DNA from: Octopus vulgaris
Taxonomy: Eukaryota
Reading direction: 5' to 3'
Assembly: GCA_951406725.2 (NCBI GenBank)
Contig: OX597827.1
Span: forward strand, 38,068,001-38,132,000
DNA: 64,000 bases
In this document: in pieces, positions 62,401 to 64,000 of the stretch
How positions within the stretch are numbered: position 1 is the stretch's first letter
Layout of the letters: every line of letters starts with the position of its first letter
Made by a program: the position numbers and the translations under genes
Notes under the pieces: generated by a model
Told to the model about the DNA's origin: nothing
Seen by the model: only the letters and a program-made list of their open reading frames with translations
Database searches by the model: none

Positions 62401-64000
62401 ATTTTCAAGTTTTAACATAAGAAGAAGAAGAGGAGGAAAAAGACCGCCAATGGCTGAAAGATGGGAAGAGATGGGATTACGGCTTGAGGTAGCCTAAGGT
62501 TAAATTTTGTAGAGAGAGAGATAGGAAAGATAAATCAAGTTATGGCGAAGGCTTGAAAGTAGCCTAAAAGGTTAAATTTTCGTAACAATGTATGAATAAA
62601 CGTAGTAACAACGAATAAAAATAGTAAGATAAATTTTTAAGAACTTGCTGCGGACATCGATCGGGAGTTGAAATTGAAGAAGAAAGTAAGTTGAATTGGG
62701 AATTTAAATTGTAGAATCGTAATGGTAATGGCGATTTTCAAGTTTTAGCATAAGAAGAAGAAGAGGAGGAAAAAGACCGCCAATGGCTGAAAGATGGGAA
62801 GAGATGGGATTACGGCTTGAGGTAGCCTAAGGTTAAATTTTGTAGAGAGAGAGATAGGAAAGATAAATCAAGTTATGGCGAAGGCTTGAAAGTCGCCTAA
62901 AAGGTTAAATTTTCGTAACAATGTATGAATAAACGTAGTAACAACGAATAAAAATAGTAAGATAAATTTTTAAGAACTTGCTGCGGACATCGATCGGGAG
63001 TTGAAATTGAAGAAGAAAGTAAGTTGAATTGGGAATTTAAATTGTAGAATCGTAATGGTAATGGCGATTTTCAAGTTTTAGCATAAGAAGAAGAAGAGGA
63101 GGAAAAAGACCGCCAATGGCTGAAAGATGGGAAGAGATGGGATTACGGCTTGAGGTAGCCTGAGGTTAAATTTTGTAGAGAGAGAGATAGGAAAGATAAA
63201 TCAAGTTATGGCGAAGGCTTGAAAGTAGCCTAAAAGGTTAAATTTTCGTAACAATGTATGAATAAACGTAGTAACAACGAATAAAAATAGTAAGATAAAT
63301 TTTTAAGAACTTGCTGCGGACATCGATCGGGAGTTGAAATTGAAGAAGAAAGTAAGTTGAATTGGGAATTTAAATTGTAGAATCGTAATGGTAATGGCGA
63401 TTTTCAAGTTTTAGCATAAGAAGAAGAAGAGGAGGAAAAAGACTGCCAATGGCTGAAAGATGGGAAGAGATGGGATTACGGCTTGAGGTAGCCTAAGGTT
63501 AAATTTTGTAGAGAGAGAGATAGGAAAGATAAATCAAGTTATGGCGAAGGCTTGAAAGTAGCCTAAAAGGTTAAATTTTCGTAACAATGTATGAATAAAC
63601 GTAGTAACAACGAATAAAAATAGTAAGATAAATTTTTAAGAACTTGCTGCGGACATCGATCGGGAGTTGAAATTGAAGAAGAAAGTAAGTTGAATTGGGA
63701 ATTTAAATTGTAGAATCATAATGGTAATGGCGATTTTCAAGTTTTAGCATAAGAAGAAGAAGAGGAGGAAAAAGACCGCCAATGGCTGAAAGATGGGAAG
63801 AGATGGGATTACGGCTTGAGGTAGCCTAAGGTTAAATTTTGTAGAGAGAGAGATAGGAAAGATAAATCAAGTTATGGCGAAGGCTTGAAAGTAGCCTAAA
63901 AGGTTAAATTTTCGTAACAATGTATGAATAAACGTAGTAACAACGAATAAAAATAGTAAGATAAATTTTTAAGAACTTGCTGCGGACATCGATCGGGAGT
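38477..64000. repeat. 333-bp satellite array, ~76-77 near-identical copies, runs off the right edge
   Basis: ACCGCCAATGGCTGAAAGATGGG recurs at 38477, 38806, 39140, 39477, 39810, 40143 and onward, with a modal period of 333. Only occasional indels and substitutions are seen. No ORF of 60 aa or more. Confidence 0.99.

Overview
AT-rich, repeat-dense eukaryotic (animal) DNA. The SINE and RTE-tail families resemble those of octopod cephalopods; this is an inference from recalled repeat sequences, not a search result. Layout: (1) 1-11866, a ~1.94-kb tandem array built from Helitron ends, plus a Helitron helicase fragment and a piggyBac remnant. (2) 12-38 kb, nested mobile elements: a long-TIR MITE, CR1-group, RTE, L1/Tx1 and R4-like LINE fragments, Penelope-like pieces with three hammerhead ribozyme motifs (two in a 455-bp palindrome), a young gag/protease-deleted Gypsy element with both LTRs, PBS, PPT and TSD, a DD36E Tc1 element, a degraded Helitron enclosing an unexplained GC-rich structured island, a probable solo LTR and many SINEs. 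(3) Exons at 33-36 kb of a spliced RNase H1-like host gene whose first catalytic Asp is replaced by Ala. (4) 38477 to the end, about 76-77 near-identical copies of a 333-bp satellite. Most short ORFs in the supplied track are spurious. All alignments and folds were done by eye.
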